Positions 27,342 through 36,060 of a stretch of 64,000 bases of DNA are shown here, in pieces. How positions within the stretch are numbered: the first letter of the stretch is position 1; the number at the start of each line of letters is the position of its first letter. The position numbers and the translations under genes are program-made. Under the pieces are notes generated by a model. The model ran no database searches. It saw nothing but the letters and a program-made list of their open reading frames with translations, and had not been told where the DNA came from. This DNA comes from an uncultured Klebsiella sp. Lineage in GTDB: Bacteria > Verrucomicrobiota > Verrucomicrobiia > Opitutales > UBA953. The stretch spans positions 113-64,112 of the forward strand of contig CAZRPB010000001.1 in assembly GCA_964601955.1 (NCBI GenBank). The letters are read 5' to 3'.

Positions 27342-28316
27342 TCAGAAGAGCTCCCCCTGCACGGAGCCGCCAGACGGCTCCGGAGGCTTCGGGGACTTCT
27401 GTGGGACGGAAGGCGCCGAGGCGGACGCGTTGTCGGCGGCATCCCTGCCGTGCCGGGCGCGGTAACGGCGCAAGGTGGCGTGCATCTCCATCTCACCGAG
27501 GAAACGCTCCACGCCCTCGACGTCCTCGACGGGGGCCTCGCCCAGGTCGAGCTCGTAATCGGTCCGGAAGGTGACCAGGTCGAGGTTGGCGCGTATGCGG
27601 GCGGACTCCGCACGCACCTGCTCGCGGAAGCGCCCGGGCTCGAGCCGGTCGGCCGCGGCGAGCACCTGCTCGAGGCCGCCATGCTCGGTGATCCATTTCA
27701 CGGCGGTCTTGGGCCCGACTCCGCGCAGGCCCGGGATGTTGTCGGACGCGTCTCCGACCAAGGCGAGGTAGTCGGCGATGCGCGCCGGAGGGACCCCGAA
27801 CTTCTCGGTGACGCCGGCCGCGTCAAGGCGGCGCCATCCGGCGGACGGATTGGCGGTGGGCGGCGGCGCAAGCTGGAAGACCTCGCCCCCGACGCACTGG
27901 CCGAAATCCTTGTCCGCGCTGACGATGACGCAGCCGTGGCCTTCGGCGGAGAGCCTCCGCACCGCCGTCGCGATCAGGTCGTCGGCCTCGACGCCCCGCC
28001 GCTCGATCACCTGGAACCCGAGCAGGGCGGTCAGCCGCTTGACCTCCGGCAGCTGGAGCACGATGTCCTCCGGCGTGTCATCACGCTGCGCCTTGTATTC
28101 GGGATGCGCCGCAAGATGACGGTCCGATCCGCCCAAGTCGAAGAAGACGGCGGCCCGGTCGGGCTTCTCCGAATCACGCAGGTCGAGCAGAGACTTGATC
28201 CAGCCGTGCAGGGCGCCGGTGGGAAACTGATCCGACTGACGGCGGAGGTTGGACCTCTCCATCGCGAAATGGCTGCGGAAGACCAGGTTGAAGCCGTCGA
28301 CTAGCATCCAGCGCAT
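27342..28316 (-). CDS. 5'-3' exonuclease (FEN/PolI N-terminal domain family)
   Basis: MLVDGFNLVFR, ADDLIAT, VSADKDFGQC and the H3TH block IPGLRGVGPKTAVKWI are present. Confidence 0.85.
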   Translation of the reverse strand: MRWMLVDGFNLVFRSHFAMERSNLRRQSDQFPTGALHGWIKSLLDLRDSEKPDRAAVFFDLGGSDRHLAAHPEYKAQRDDTPEDIVLQLPEVKRLTALLGFQVIERRGVEADDLIATAVRRLSAEGHGCVIVSADKDFGQCVGGEVFQLAPPPTANPSAGWRRLDAAGVTEKFGVPPARIADYLALVGDASDNIPGLRGVGPKTAVKWITEHGGLEQVLAAADRLEPGRFREQVRAESARIRANLDLVTFRTDYELDLGEAPVEDVEGVERFLGEMEMHATLRRYRARHGRDAADNASASAPSVPQKSPKPPEPSGGSVQGELF

Positions 28317-28350
28317 GCACGGAGTCTCCGCCGCGGAGCCTCCCCAGCCA

Positions 28351-28383
28351 GAAAAAAGCGGGCCCGCCGTGAGGCGGGCCCGT
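28351..28383 (-). terminator. rho-independent terminator after secretin gene
   Basis: On the minus strand, CGGGCCCGCC-TCAC-GGCGGGCCCG(C) is followed by TTTTTTC. Confidence 0.6.
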
Positions 28384-28405
28384 TCGGCGGCCGGTGCGCG
28401 GGCTT

Positions 28406-31400
28406 TCAGTTTGCAGCTGGAGCCGCGGGCGCGGCGGGCGCGACGGGCGCGGTGGGCGCGGCCGGGGCGGCCGGCTCGACCGGCTCGCGGTAGACGGCGC
28501 CTCCCGGCGAAGCCAGGACCGGGTTCGAGAATGTCGAGCCGGCGCGCATGCCGGAGTGGGAGCTGCGGAGCGTGGCGCCGCCCGGCGAGACCAGGTTGGC
28601 GGTCACGAAGACCATGAGGTTGCGCTTGCTGGTGCTCTTGCCGGAGGACCGGAATGCCGCGCCGATGAGGGGGATGTCCCCGAGCACGGGCACCTTGTCC
28701 TCGACCGTCTTGACTTCCTCGCGGGTCAGGCCGCCGATGACGACGGTCGCGCCGTCGAAGACCGTGACGTCCGTGACGACCTCGCGCGTGGTGAAGATCG
28801 GCTGGAAGAAGCCGGAGGGCACGGTGACGGTGGTGGTGCCCGAGATGGCGACGGAGGTGCCGCCGTATTCCACGAAGCCCTCGAACTCGATGACCTTGGG
28901 CTTGAGGTTCATCGCGATGGAATCGTCGGCCGCGACGGTAGGAGTCACCTCCAGCGTCACGCCGACTTCCTGCACGGCGAAGTCCTGCGGGGTGCCCGCG
29001 GTCACGGCGACGGCCTGACCGCCCGCACCGCCCGCGGCGACGCCGCCGCCCTGGCTGACGACGGCCTGCACGTCACCGTAGGACTGGGGGTAGCGGAGCA
29101 GCTGGGCCACCTTGATGATGGCGGTCTTGCCGTCCAGCACCGTGAGGCTGGGGGAGGACATGAGGTCCGTGCCGCTGTTCTGCTCGACCGCACGGAGGAA
29201 GAGGTTGAGGTTGTAGCTGTCGATCAGGCCGATGTTGCCGCCGTAGGCGGCGCCGGCCGGCAACGTGGCACCGGTCGCGGAGCCCCAGCCGCCGAAGACG
29301 GGATTGCCGGTGCCATAATTGGAACCGCCGATGGGAGGAGGGCTGTTGCGGATGGTCACCGTGGGCAGGGGGGCGCCCGTGTTGTCGGTGCGCTCGATGC
29401 CGCCGTTACGGGACGCGGCGGAGATGCCGAAGACCCCGGTCAGCGTGCGGAGCTCGCTCTGGGCGCGGATGACATTGGCGGGGTTGATGATCTGCCAGTT
29501 CGTGGTCAGCTCGTTGAGGGCCGACTGCGAGACCTCGATGAACTTGGACTCGATGTGGACCTGCTTGATGTCGGAATAGCGGCGCAGGATGTTACGGACG
29601 CGGTCGAGGTTCTTCCGGTTCTGCGTGACGATGAGGTTGGTCCCGTCGTACGCCATGGCCGCGCCGTTCACGCCCTCGAAGGCGACGCCCGAGCGGATGA
29701 AGAAGTTCTTGATGCCGATCTCCTCGGGGCGGGCTTCGGAGCCGCCGGCGGAGCCTCCGCCGCCGCCCGCGAAGGGGCTGGCCGTGGCGCCCGGAGCGGC
29801 GGCGCTGCCGCCGCTGACGCCCGTCATCTTGATCACCGCGGAAGGGGCGAGGGGGAAGAACTCCGTCTCGAGGTCGCTCGAGCCGGAGTCGGGACGCACT
29901 TCGATGATGCCCTGGCTCACGATCCAGGTGAAGTTGGCCTGGCGCGTGATGATGTTGAGAGCCTGCTCGACCGTCACGCCGCCCATGGTCAGGTTGATCG
30001 GGGGGTTCTTGCGCTCGGGATCGACGGGGACGATGTTCAGTTCGCGCTGGTCCTTGTCGTACTGCTGAGCCTGCTGGCTGATGTACTGGCAGGCGCGGTC
30101 GAGGGGCTGGTCAAGGATGCGGACCGTCGGGAGGACGATGGTCTTGATGCGTTCGGTGATGGGGTCGGCGACCTGCGGTCCGCCGACGACCGTGACCTCG
30201 CGGTTGAAGACTTCGGGCAGCTTCCAGGTCTCGTCGAGCAGCTCGAGCAGCTTGCCCTTGGTCACGCCGCGGTTCCACTGACCGGAGGTCTCCGAAAGGA
30301 GCTCGCGGATGCGCACCTGGTAGGCCTTGGCCTCAGGGTTGTTGGGCTGGTACTGCATGACCTCGCGGTAGACCTCGATGGCGCCCTGATAGTCTCCGTA
30401 GAGATAGCGCGCGCGACCGCGCACGAGCAGCTCCTGGACGCGATCGGTCTTCTGGCGGAAGCCGGGGGAGAGTTCGTCGATGTTCTGGTAGGTGGGGTCG
30501 GACCGACGGGCCTTGAATTCGGCACGCAGGCGGACGGCCGACGGATCGGCTTCGCCCACCAGCTTCTCGAGGTCGGTGATGTAGCCATCGGCACGGGACA
30601 TCTCGCGGGAGTTGATGGAGAGGAGGGCGAGACGGCCGAGCGCGCCGGCGCGGACGGTCTTGATGCGCTCCTTGACGGGGTCGGCGGCGATGTTCGAAGG
30701 AAGCTCGCGGCCCGCGCGGTCGAGCTCGCTGAGCGCAGCTGAGAGAGAATCGACGTCGCCCTTGCGGACAAGCGACTCGGCCGCCTGGAGAAGCTCCTGG
30801 GACTTGGCGACCTTGGCGGACACTTCCTTGGAGGCTCCGGAGAGGAGAGGGTCGGAAGACGGCTTCACGGCGTCCTTGTTGAGCAGCACGTCCTGACGGG
30901 CCAGGCTGGCGCGGTCACGGACGGGCTGGGCGGAGACGATGTTGGGGAGCGCGGCGATGGCGGCGTCGAGGGTGGCGACGGCCTTGGCGTGGTCACCGCG
31001 AGCGGCCTCGGCCTTGGCCCTGGCGATGGCGGCGTCGACTTCGGCGTAGAGCGCGGCGTGCTCCTGGGCGAGCGCATCGATGGGGGCGGCGGGGGCCGGC
31101 GCGGCAGGAGCGGCGGGGGCTTCGACGCCGGGGGCGGCGGGAGCCGGCGCGGCGGGGGCCTTCTTGGCGGCCTTCTCTAGCTCGGCGACGATGCTGGCGC
31201 GGAGCTCCTTGGCTCCTTCGTCAGACGGGTCGAGCTTGAGCAGCTCCTCGGCCTTCTCGAGGGCGGGCTGCAGCTTGCCCTCATCCCTCAGCTTGATGGC
31301 CTCGCTGAGGAGCTTGACTGGCTGCAGCGCGACGTCGGCTGACTGGCCGATCAAGGCTCCGGACACTGAGGCCAGGAAGAGAGCGGCGAGGGTGAGCCGC

Positions 31401-31420
31401 ATGCGTGAATTCGTCTTCAT
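28406..31420 (-). CDS. secretin (PilQ/GspD family) with TPR-like N-terminal region; Amuc_1098-like
   Basis: The C-terminal secretin signature is VPVLGDIPLIGAAFRSSGKSTSKRNLMVFVTANLV. A signal peptide, helical TPR-like repeats and Ala/Pro linkers are also present. Confidence 0.85.
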   Translation of the reverse strand: MKTNSRMRLTLAALFLASVSGALIGQSADVALQPVKLLSEAIKLRDEGKLQPALEKAEELLKLDPSDEGAKELRASIVAELEKAAKKAPAAPAPAAPGVEAPAAPAAPAPAAPIDALAQEHAALYAEVDAAIARAKAEAARGDHAKAVATLDAAIAALPNIVSAQPVRDRASLARQDVLLNKDAVKPSSDPLLSGASKEVSAKVAKSQELLQAAESLVRKGDVDSLSAALSELDRAGRELPSNIAADPVKERIKTVRAGALGRLALLSINSREMSRADGYITDLEKLVGEADPSAVRLRAEFKARRSDPTYQNIDELSPGFRQKTDRVQELLVRGRARYLYGDYQGAIEVYREVMQYQPNNPEAKAYQVRIRELLSETSGQWNRGVTKGKLLELLDETWKLPEVFNREVTVVGGPQVADPITERIKTIVLPTVRILDQPLDRACQYISQQAQQYDKDQRELNIVPVDPERKNPPINLTMGGVTVEQALNIITRQANFTWIVSQGIIEVRPDSGSSDLETEFFPLAPSAVIKMTGVSGGSAAAPGATASPFAGGGGGSAGGSEARPEEIGIKNFFIRSGVAFEGVNGAAMAYDGTNLIVTQNRKNLDRVRNILRRYSDIKQVHIESKFIEVSQSALNELTTNWQIINPANVIRAQSELRTLTGVFGISAASRNGGIERTDNTGAPLPTVTIRNSPPPIGGSNYGTGNPVFGGWGSATGATLPAGAAYGGNIGLIDSYNLNLFLRAVEQNSGTDLMSSPSLTVLDGKTAIIKVAQLLRYPQSYGDVQAVVSQGGGVAAGGAGGQAVAVTAGTPQDFAVQEVGVTLEVTPTVAADDSIAMNLKPKVIEFEGFVEYGGTSVAISGTTTVTVPSGFFQPIFTTREVVTDVTVFDGATVVIGGLTREEVKTVEDKVPVLGDIPLIGAAFRSSGKSTSKRNLMVFVTANLVSPGGATLRSSHSGMRAGSTFSNPVLASPGGAVYREPVEPAAPAAPTAPVAPAAPAAPAAN

Positions 31421-31447
31421 GAGATGGATTTGAAAGGACGGTCTGCG

Positions 31448-32455
31448 TTATTGGGGAGGGGGAAGCACGAATCCCGGAGGGAAGCCGGGCTGGGCCGTGG
31501 GTACCGGGGGAGTCCCCGGTGCCGGGGCTCCGGGGGTCGCAGGGCTGGCTGACGCCGCAGGTGCGGCGGGCTTGGCAGAGGGGATGGCAAGGACCTCGGT
31601 GAAGGTCTTCTTCGGCTTCTTGGGGTTAGGAGCGAAGGTCTTGTCGAGCGTCACCGTCTTGGCCGCCAAGTCAACGCCTTTGACCACGTAGAGCGCGTCG
31701 TTGTAGGTGAACTTGTCGCCCAGCGCGTGCAGCGTCCAGGACTTGTCCGGCTCCGAGGTGGAGACCAGCAGGATGTCGGTCTGGTCGGAGAACTCGACGG
31801 GCTTGACGTCGTCGATCTCGACGGTGCGCCCGAGCTTCTTGTCCTCAAGCTTGAGCACGTTGCGGCTCACGAGGAAACCGTCCTTGTCCTTCTCCTTGAC
31901 GACGGCGAACGAGACGGGGACCACCGGGGTGTTGGCGTCGAGCGGCGCACCGATGCGGCAGCCGTCGTAGTACTGCTTGGTCTCAAGGTTCTCGATGGCG
32001 AACTTGCGGTCGATCTCCTCACGGCCCTTGCGGCCCATGATGGAGAAACGGAGGATGTAAGGGTAGCGGGGATGGCCGACCTTGGCCAGGGAGACGCCGA
32101 AGGGCGGCAGCGGGATCACCTTGCGGCGCTTGGGCACGTACTCCTTGAGCACGGGGTCCCAGGCGATGTCGATGGTGGTGAAAAGGTCGAAGTCCCAGCC
32201 GTCCTCATTCTCCTCGGGCGTGGGCACGTCAGGAGCGTTGTCTTCGAGGGAAGGGCTGGGCGTGGAAGGGTAGATCACGCCCTTGGGGGCGGCCTTGAGC
32301 TCGGCGAACTGAGCGTCCGAAGCCTGCGGATCCAGCACGATGGGGCGGATGAACCCGACCTCAATCATGCCGAGCTTGGCGGCGGAGAAGACCCCGGCCA
32401 CGGCCAGCAGCAGGGCGGAAAGGCAGATGATGACGATGTCCTTGCGGGAATTCAT
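31448..32455 (-). CDS. membrane-anchored hypothetical protein of pilus-like cluster (Amuc_1099 position)
   Basis: An N-terminal TM helix (IVIICLSALLLAVAGVF) and a Pro-rich C-terminus. There is a 3-nt gap to the upstream gene. Confidence 0.5.
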   Translation of the reverse strand: MNSRKDIVIICLSALLLAVAGVFSAAKLGMIEVGFIRPIVLDPQASDAQFAELKAAPKGVIYPSTPSPSLEDNAPDVPTPEENEDGWDFDLFTTIDIAWDPVLKEYVPKRRKVIPLPPFGVSLAKVGHPRYPYILRFSIMGRKGREEIDRKFAIENLETKQYYDGCRIGAPLDANTPVVPVSFAVVKEKDKDGFLVSRNVLKLEDKKLGRTVEIDDVKPVEFSDQTDILLVSTSEPDKSWTLHALGDKFTYNDALYVVKGVDLAAKTVTLDKTFAPNPKKPKKTFTEVLAIPSAKPAAPAASASPATPGAPAPGTPPVPTAQPGFPPGFVLPPPQ

Positions 32456-32458
32456 GGC

Positions 32459-33550
32459 TTACTTCTTGGCCTCGCCCTCCGCGACGGGGGCTTCGGGCGC
32501 GTGGAGGTAGTCGATCTGGACGGTGAACTCGGTGGGCTTCTCCATGACGACGGTGATGCGCTCGTCCTTGGCGGCGGCATCGGCGCCCGGGACGGGAGAG
32601 GGGATGAGGCCGGGGATGACCGCGGCGGCGGCCGGCGCGGCGTTTGCGGCGGGGGCTGCGGGGGCGGCCGCGTAAATGATCTTCATCGCCTCGGCGTTGG
32701 GCAGGCCCACGTCGACGCTGGTGATGGCGAAGGGTCGGCCGGAGTTGCGAAGCTTGTTGATGAACGTGCGGAAAGTCGGCGTGGAGCCGACGAAGCGCAC
32801 GCGGAAGGAAAGCGTCTCGACGAGGTCCTTGCGTCGGAAAGTGCGGGTCGGGGAGAACTCGTCCGCCTCCGAGTTGCGCACCCCGTCGGGATCCGGCCCG
32901 AGCGTGCCGGCCCCCGGCTTGCCCTCGGGGATGATCACGAAGGTCTCGACGGGCTCGCGGTCGACGGAGAGGAGCAGCATGGGCGCCCCGGCGGGCCGGG
33001 ATTCGACCAGGAGACGGAACAGGTAGTCGATGACCAGGCGCTGCTGGTCGACGCGCACGAGGTCCTTGCGGGGCGAGGTGCCGGGATTGCGGATGTAACG
33101 ACGGAAGCCGAAGTCGCACTGGTCGTTGGGGAGGAGACGCACGTCCTTGTCCTGGGCGAAGCGCTTCCATTCGTCCACGGACTGTCGGATGGTGGAGGCG
33201 AGCTCGGACGAGTTGGCGGAGACGCGGCCCTTGATGGCGGAATCAGGGTCACCGTTGATCGCCTTGCGGAGCTCGGCCTGGCGCGAGGTGAGCTCGGCCA
33301 GGTCCTTGGCCGCCGCCTCGGTGGACTCGCCGGTGAGGGCGATCTTGTCCGTCTTGGGCGCCACCTTGAAGGCCGGGAACTCATGGCCGTCGAGCAGCAG
33401 TTTGACCTCGCGCTGGGCGGCGAGCAGGCGGCCGTCGGCGTCGGAGGCGTCGAGATAGCTGAGCGCCGCCAGGGAGACGCCGAGCAGGAAGACCAGGGCG
33501 ACGAGGATGAGCCCGATGAAGAAGCCCTTGTTCTTACGGAAGGCGTCCAT
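32459..33550 (-). CDS. Amuc_1100-family pilus-associated-like protein
   Basis: TM anchor, coiled coil, an Ala/Pro-rich stretch and then a terminal beta segment. Architecture and gene position match my memory of Akkermansia Amuc_1100. Not computed. Confidence 0.55.
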   Translation of the reverse strand: MDAFRKNKGFFIGLILVALVFLLGVSLAALSYLDASDADGRLLAAQREVKLLLDGHEFPAFKVAPKTDKIALTGESTEAAAKDLAELTSRQAELRKAINGDPDSAIKGRVSANSSELASTIRQSVDEWKRFAQDKDVRLLPNDQCDFGFRRYIRNPGTSPRKDLVRVDQQRLVIDYLFRLLVESRPAGAPMLLLSVDREPVETFVIIPEGKPGAGTLGPDPDGVRNSEADEFSPTRTFRRKDLVETLSFRVRFVGSTPTFRTFINKLRNSGRPFAITSVDVGLPNAEAMKIIYAAAPAAPAANAAPAAAAVIPGLIPSPVPGADAAAKDERITVVMEKPTEFTVQIDYLHAPEAPVAEGEAKK

Positions 33551-33552
33551 GT

Positions 33553-35247
33553 TCAGAGGGAGGCCTCCTTGTTGATGACCAGGGTCAGCGTGAGCTTCGG
33601 AGAGTTGGTGGGCGTGAACTCCCCCTTGATGTCACCGTCGGGAATCTCGGCGATGAACTTGGACTGACGCAGGGCCTCGAGCAGGGCCTTCTGCCGCTTG
33701 TTCATGGCGACGGCGTTGTGGGGACGCTGCGGGGCGACTTCAGGAAGGAGGAACCTCACCGTGAGGATGACTTTGGACACGGTGACCGGAGGGGGCGGAG
33801 GCTCGCCTTCGGCGGCGGGCGGGAGCGTCTGGGTCTCACGTCGCACGTGCATCTCCTCGACCCAGGTGTTGGGGAGGGAGGAGATGCGCACCTGGAGGTC
33901 GGCCAGGAAGGCCAGCCAGTTGGGCCGGTTGAGCACGACCGACTCGAGCTCGCGGTTCACCGCAAGGACGGCGTCCGTCTTCTGGCGCGAGTCGATCAGC
34001 GCGACCTGATGACGCTTGAGCTCGGCCGAGCGGGCGGTGAGCGCAGAGGTGAGTCCTTGGGAATGCGCCGCGCTCTCGCTGTAGACGTACCAAACGGGGA
34101 AAGGGATGAGCGCGGCGAGGAAGGCGGCCGCGAGCAGCTTGGGCTGACGGGCGGAGAACGCGATCTGCGCGGCGATGTCCTTCGGGATCAGATTCACGCC
34201 GGCGGCCTGGGGCAGGAGCAGCCGCGCGGCCTCCCCGACGACTTCGGAAACCTGATTCTGGGCGCGGCGCACGAGGTCCTGGCTGACCTCCTCGCCGAGG
34301 ATGAGGACGGAAGCGGGCTGGAAGGGCTCGACGGGCAGGCGCAAGGTCTCGCACAGCTGCTCCTTCAGCCCGGGCAGGAGGGCGCCGCGGCCGGTGAGCA
34401 GGATGCGGGTGGGCTGGCGGGCGCCGGCGCCGCGACGGACGTTGATCAGGCGGCGGTTGATGTCCTGGGACAGGCGCCGGATGAACTGCTGGGAATTGGA
34501 CTGGAGGAGCGCCGCCTGGGGGTCGGACTCGGCGAGATGGAGGACGCCGCTGAAGTAGCCGACCTTGAGCGCCTCGGCGGCGGCGAAGGGCTGGCCGGTG
34601 TTGTCCGAGAGCCCCTGGGTGAGCATGTTGCCGCCGATGTTGGCGGACTGGATGTTGGCGCCGCCGGGGCCGACGAAGCTGAGCGTGGTCGAGCGTGCGC
34701 CCACGTTCAGGATCAGCACCTCCTCGGTGGCGGAGCCGCCGGCGAGCAGGAAGGCCTGGCTGTCAAGGAGGGGTGAGGCCTGGATGGCGTAGGGACGCAG
34801 CCCGGTGGAGGAGACGAGGTTGGCGATGCGGCTGGCGACCTCGGTGCGCAGGGCGAAGAGGAGCACCTCGGCCTCGACGCCGTCGGATGACATCACCTGG
34901 CTGTCCCAGATGACTTCGTTGAGCGGATAGGGGATCGCGTTCTGGGCCTCGTAGGCGACAATCTGGGCCTGCTTCTGGCTTTCGACCTGAGGAACCTTGA
35001 GGGACTTCTGCAGCAGCAGGAATCCGGGCACGATGACGGTCACGTAGCCCGAGATGCCGTGTGCCTCGACGAGGTCGCGGAGGGCGTTGACGGACGCGTC
35101 AAGCCACTGGTCGTCGACGGTGAGTCCGGGCGTGAGCTCCTCGACGTGGAAACGCTGCAGGACGAGGCTGCCGGACGACGTGCCGAAGACCGACACCGAT
35201 ACGTGGGACGCCGCAAGATTGACGATGGTCGCCTGGGTCTGGCTCAT
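33553..35247 (-). CDS. PilM-like actin-fold ATPase fused to PilN-like TM/coiled-coil domain (Amuc_1101 position)
   Basis: The N-terminal ~340 aa are PilM/FtsA-like (ILLTGRGALLPGL). A TM helix (LLAAAFLAALIPFPVWYVY) and a periplasmic domain follow. Confidence 0.65.
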   Translation of the reverse strand: MSQTQATIVNLAASHVSVSVFGTSSGSLVLQRFHVEELTPGLTVDDQWLDASVNALRDLVEAHGISGYVTVIVPGFLLLQKSLKVPQVESQKQAQIVAYEAQNAIPYPLNEVIWDSQVMSSDGVEAEVLLFALRTEVASRIANLVSSTGLRPYAIQASPLLDSQAFLLAGGSATEEVLILNVGARSTTLSFVGPGGANIQSANIGGNMLTQGLSDNTGQPFAAAEALKVGYFSGVLHLAESDPQAALLQSNSQQFIRRLSQDINRRLINVRRGAGARQPTRILLTGRGALLPGLKEQLCETLRLPVEPFQPASVLILGEEVSQDLVRRAQNQVSEVVGEAARLLLPQAAGVNLIPKDIAAQIAFSARQPKLLAAAFLAALIPFPVWYVYSESAAHSQGLTSALTARSAELKRHQVALIDSRQKTDAVLAVNRELESVVLNRPNWLAFLADLQVRISSLPNTWVEEMHVRRETQTLPPAAEGEPPPPPVTVSKVILTVRFLLPEVAPQRPHNAVAMNKRQKALLEALRQSKFIAEIPDGDIKGEFTPTNSPKLTLTLVINKEASL

Positions 35248-35271
35248 GCTGCGGGTGGGGGACGGGTCGGA

Positions 35272-35937
35272 TCAGCGGGCGGAGGCGTCCTCGCGGATGA
35301 ACTCAGGCGAGGCAGGCACGGCCGGCACGGCGTCGGGAAGGATGAGAAGGTACTGGGGGCGCAGGATGCCGGGGGTGGTGATCACGCCGCGGTCCGCGGC
35401 GTCCTTGGCCTTGTCAAAGAGGTCCTTCTTGGCGATTTCGCGGTGCACGGCACGGGACTGCTCCGCAAGCAGCGCGCCTTTGGCGTCGAAGAGGGGGGAC
35501 TCCGTGCCGCCGACCTCGACCTGGACGAAATAATAGTCCGGCTCCTTGCGCAGGTTGTCGCGCTTGACGATGTCGCCGGGAAGATAGAACAGGACTGAAC
35601 GGGGCTTGCCGACCTCCAGGGTGAGCACCGTGGCGGTGGAACGGTAATAATTCCAGTCCTCGAACTTGGCGGACTCCGTCTTGTAAATCTGGGTGACGGT
35701 GACCTTCACCTTGTCCACCCAGCGCTTGATGGCTTTGGGATCCAGGGTGGCGTTCGCCTGCACTTCGACCTGCATCCGGTTCCAAGGATGCTCCTGTCCG
35801 CCTATCCTGACCTGCATGAACTTCACGTCGCGAACGGCGACGGGACTTTTGACAGGTGCGGCGGCCTGACCGAAAAGAGGACCTGCCATTAGGGCGAATA
35901 CCCCAAAAAGAGCGGTAATGGCACGCGACGGGGACAT
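35272..35937 (-). CDS. secreted hypothetical protein, first gene of pilus-like operon (Amuc_1102 position)
   Basis: Signal peptide ITALFGVFALMAGPLFGQAAA. The link to Amuc_1102 is by position only. Confidence 0.45.
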   Translation of the reverse strand: MSPSRAITALFGVFALMAGPLFGQAAAPVKSPVAVRDVKFMQVRIGGQEHPWNRMQVEVQANATLDPKAIKRWVDKVKVTVTQIYKTESAKFEDWNYYRSTATVLTLEVGKPRSVLFYLPGDIVKRDNLRKEPDYYFVQVEVGGTESPLFDAKGALLAEQSRAVHREIAKKDLFDKAKDAADRGVITTPGILRPQYLLILPDAVPAVPASPEFIREDASAR

Positions 35938-36009
35938 GGGAAACAGAGGGTTATCCTTTCAAAAAGTGGGTTGCAAACGCAAAACTAGGCAAGAAATGCA
36001 CAATCCTGT

Positions 36010-36028
36010 GTTGCAAATCATTTGCAAC
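36010..36028. promoter_or_regulatory. perfect 9-1-9 palindrome, candidate Fur-family (Zur-like) operator
   Basis: GTTGCAAAT-C-ATTTGCAAC lies 33 nt upstream of the znuA-like ATG. An extra half-site GTTGCAAA sits at 35970-35977. Confidence 0.45.
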
Positions 36029-36060
36029 TAAGATGGTCTAGAGGTTTTCTCCTCTCTCCG

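Noticed and set aside
28394-33667. Plus-strand ORFs of 782 aa (28394-30742) and 646 aa (31727-33667) across the secretin/pilus-like genes.
   Set aside because: They are Gly/Asp/Arg/Ala-rich, lack any domain signature and are antisense to frames with a clear secretin motif, TM anchors and operon spacing.
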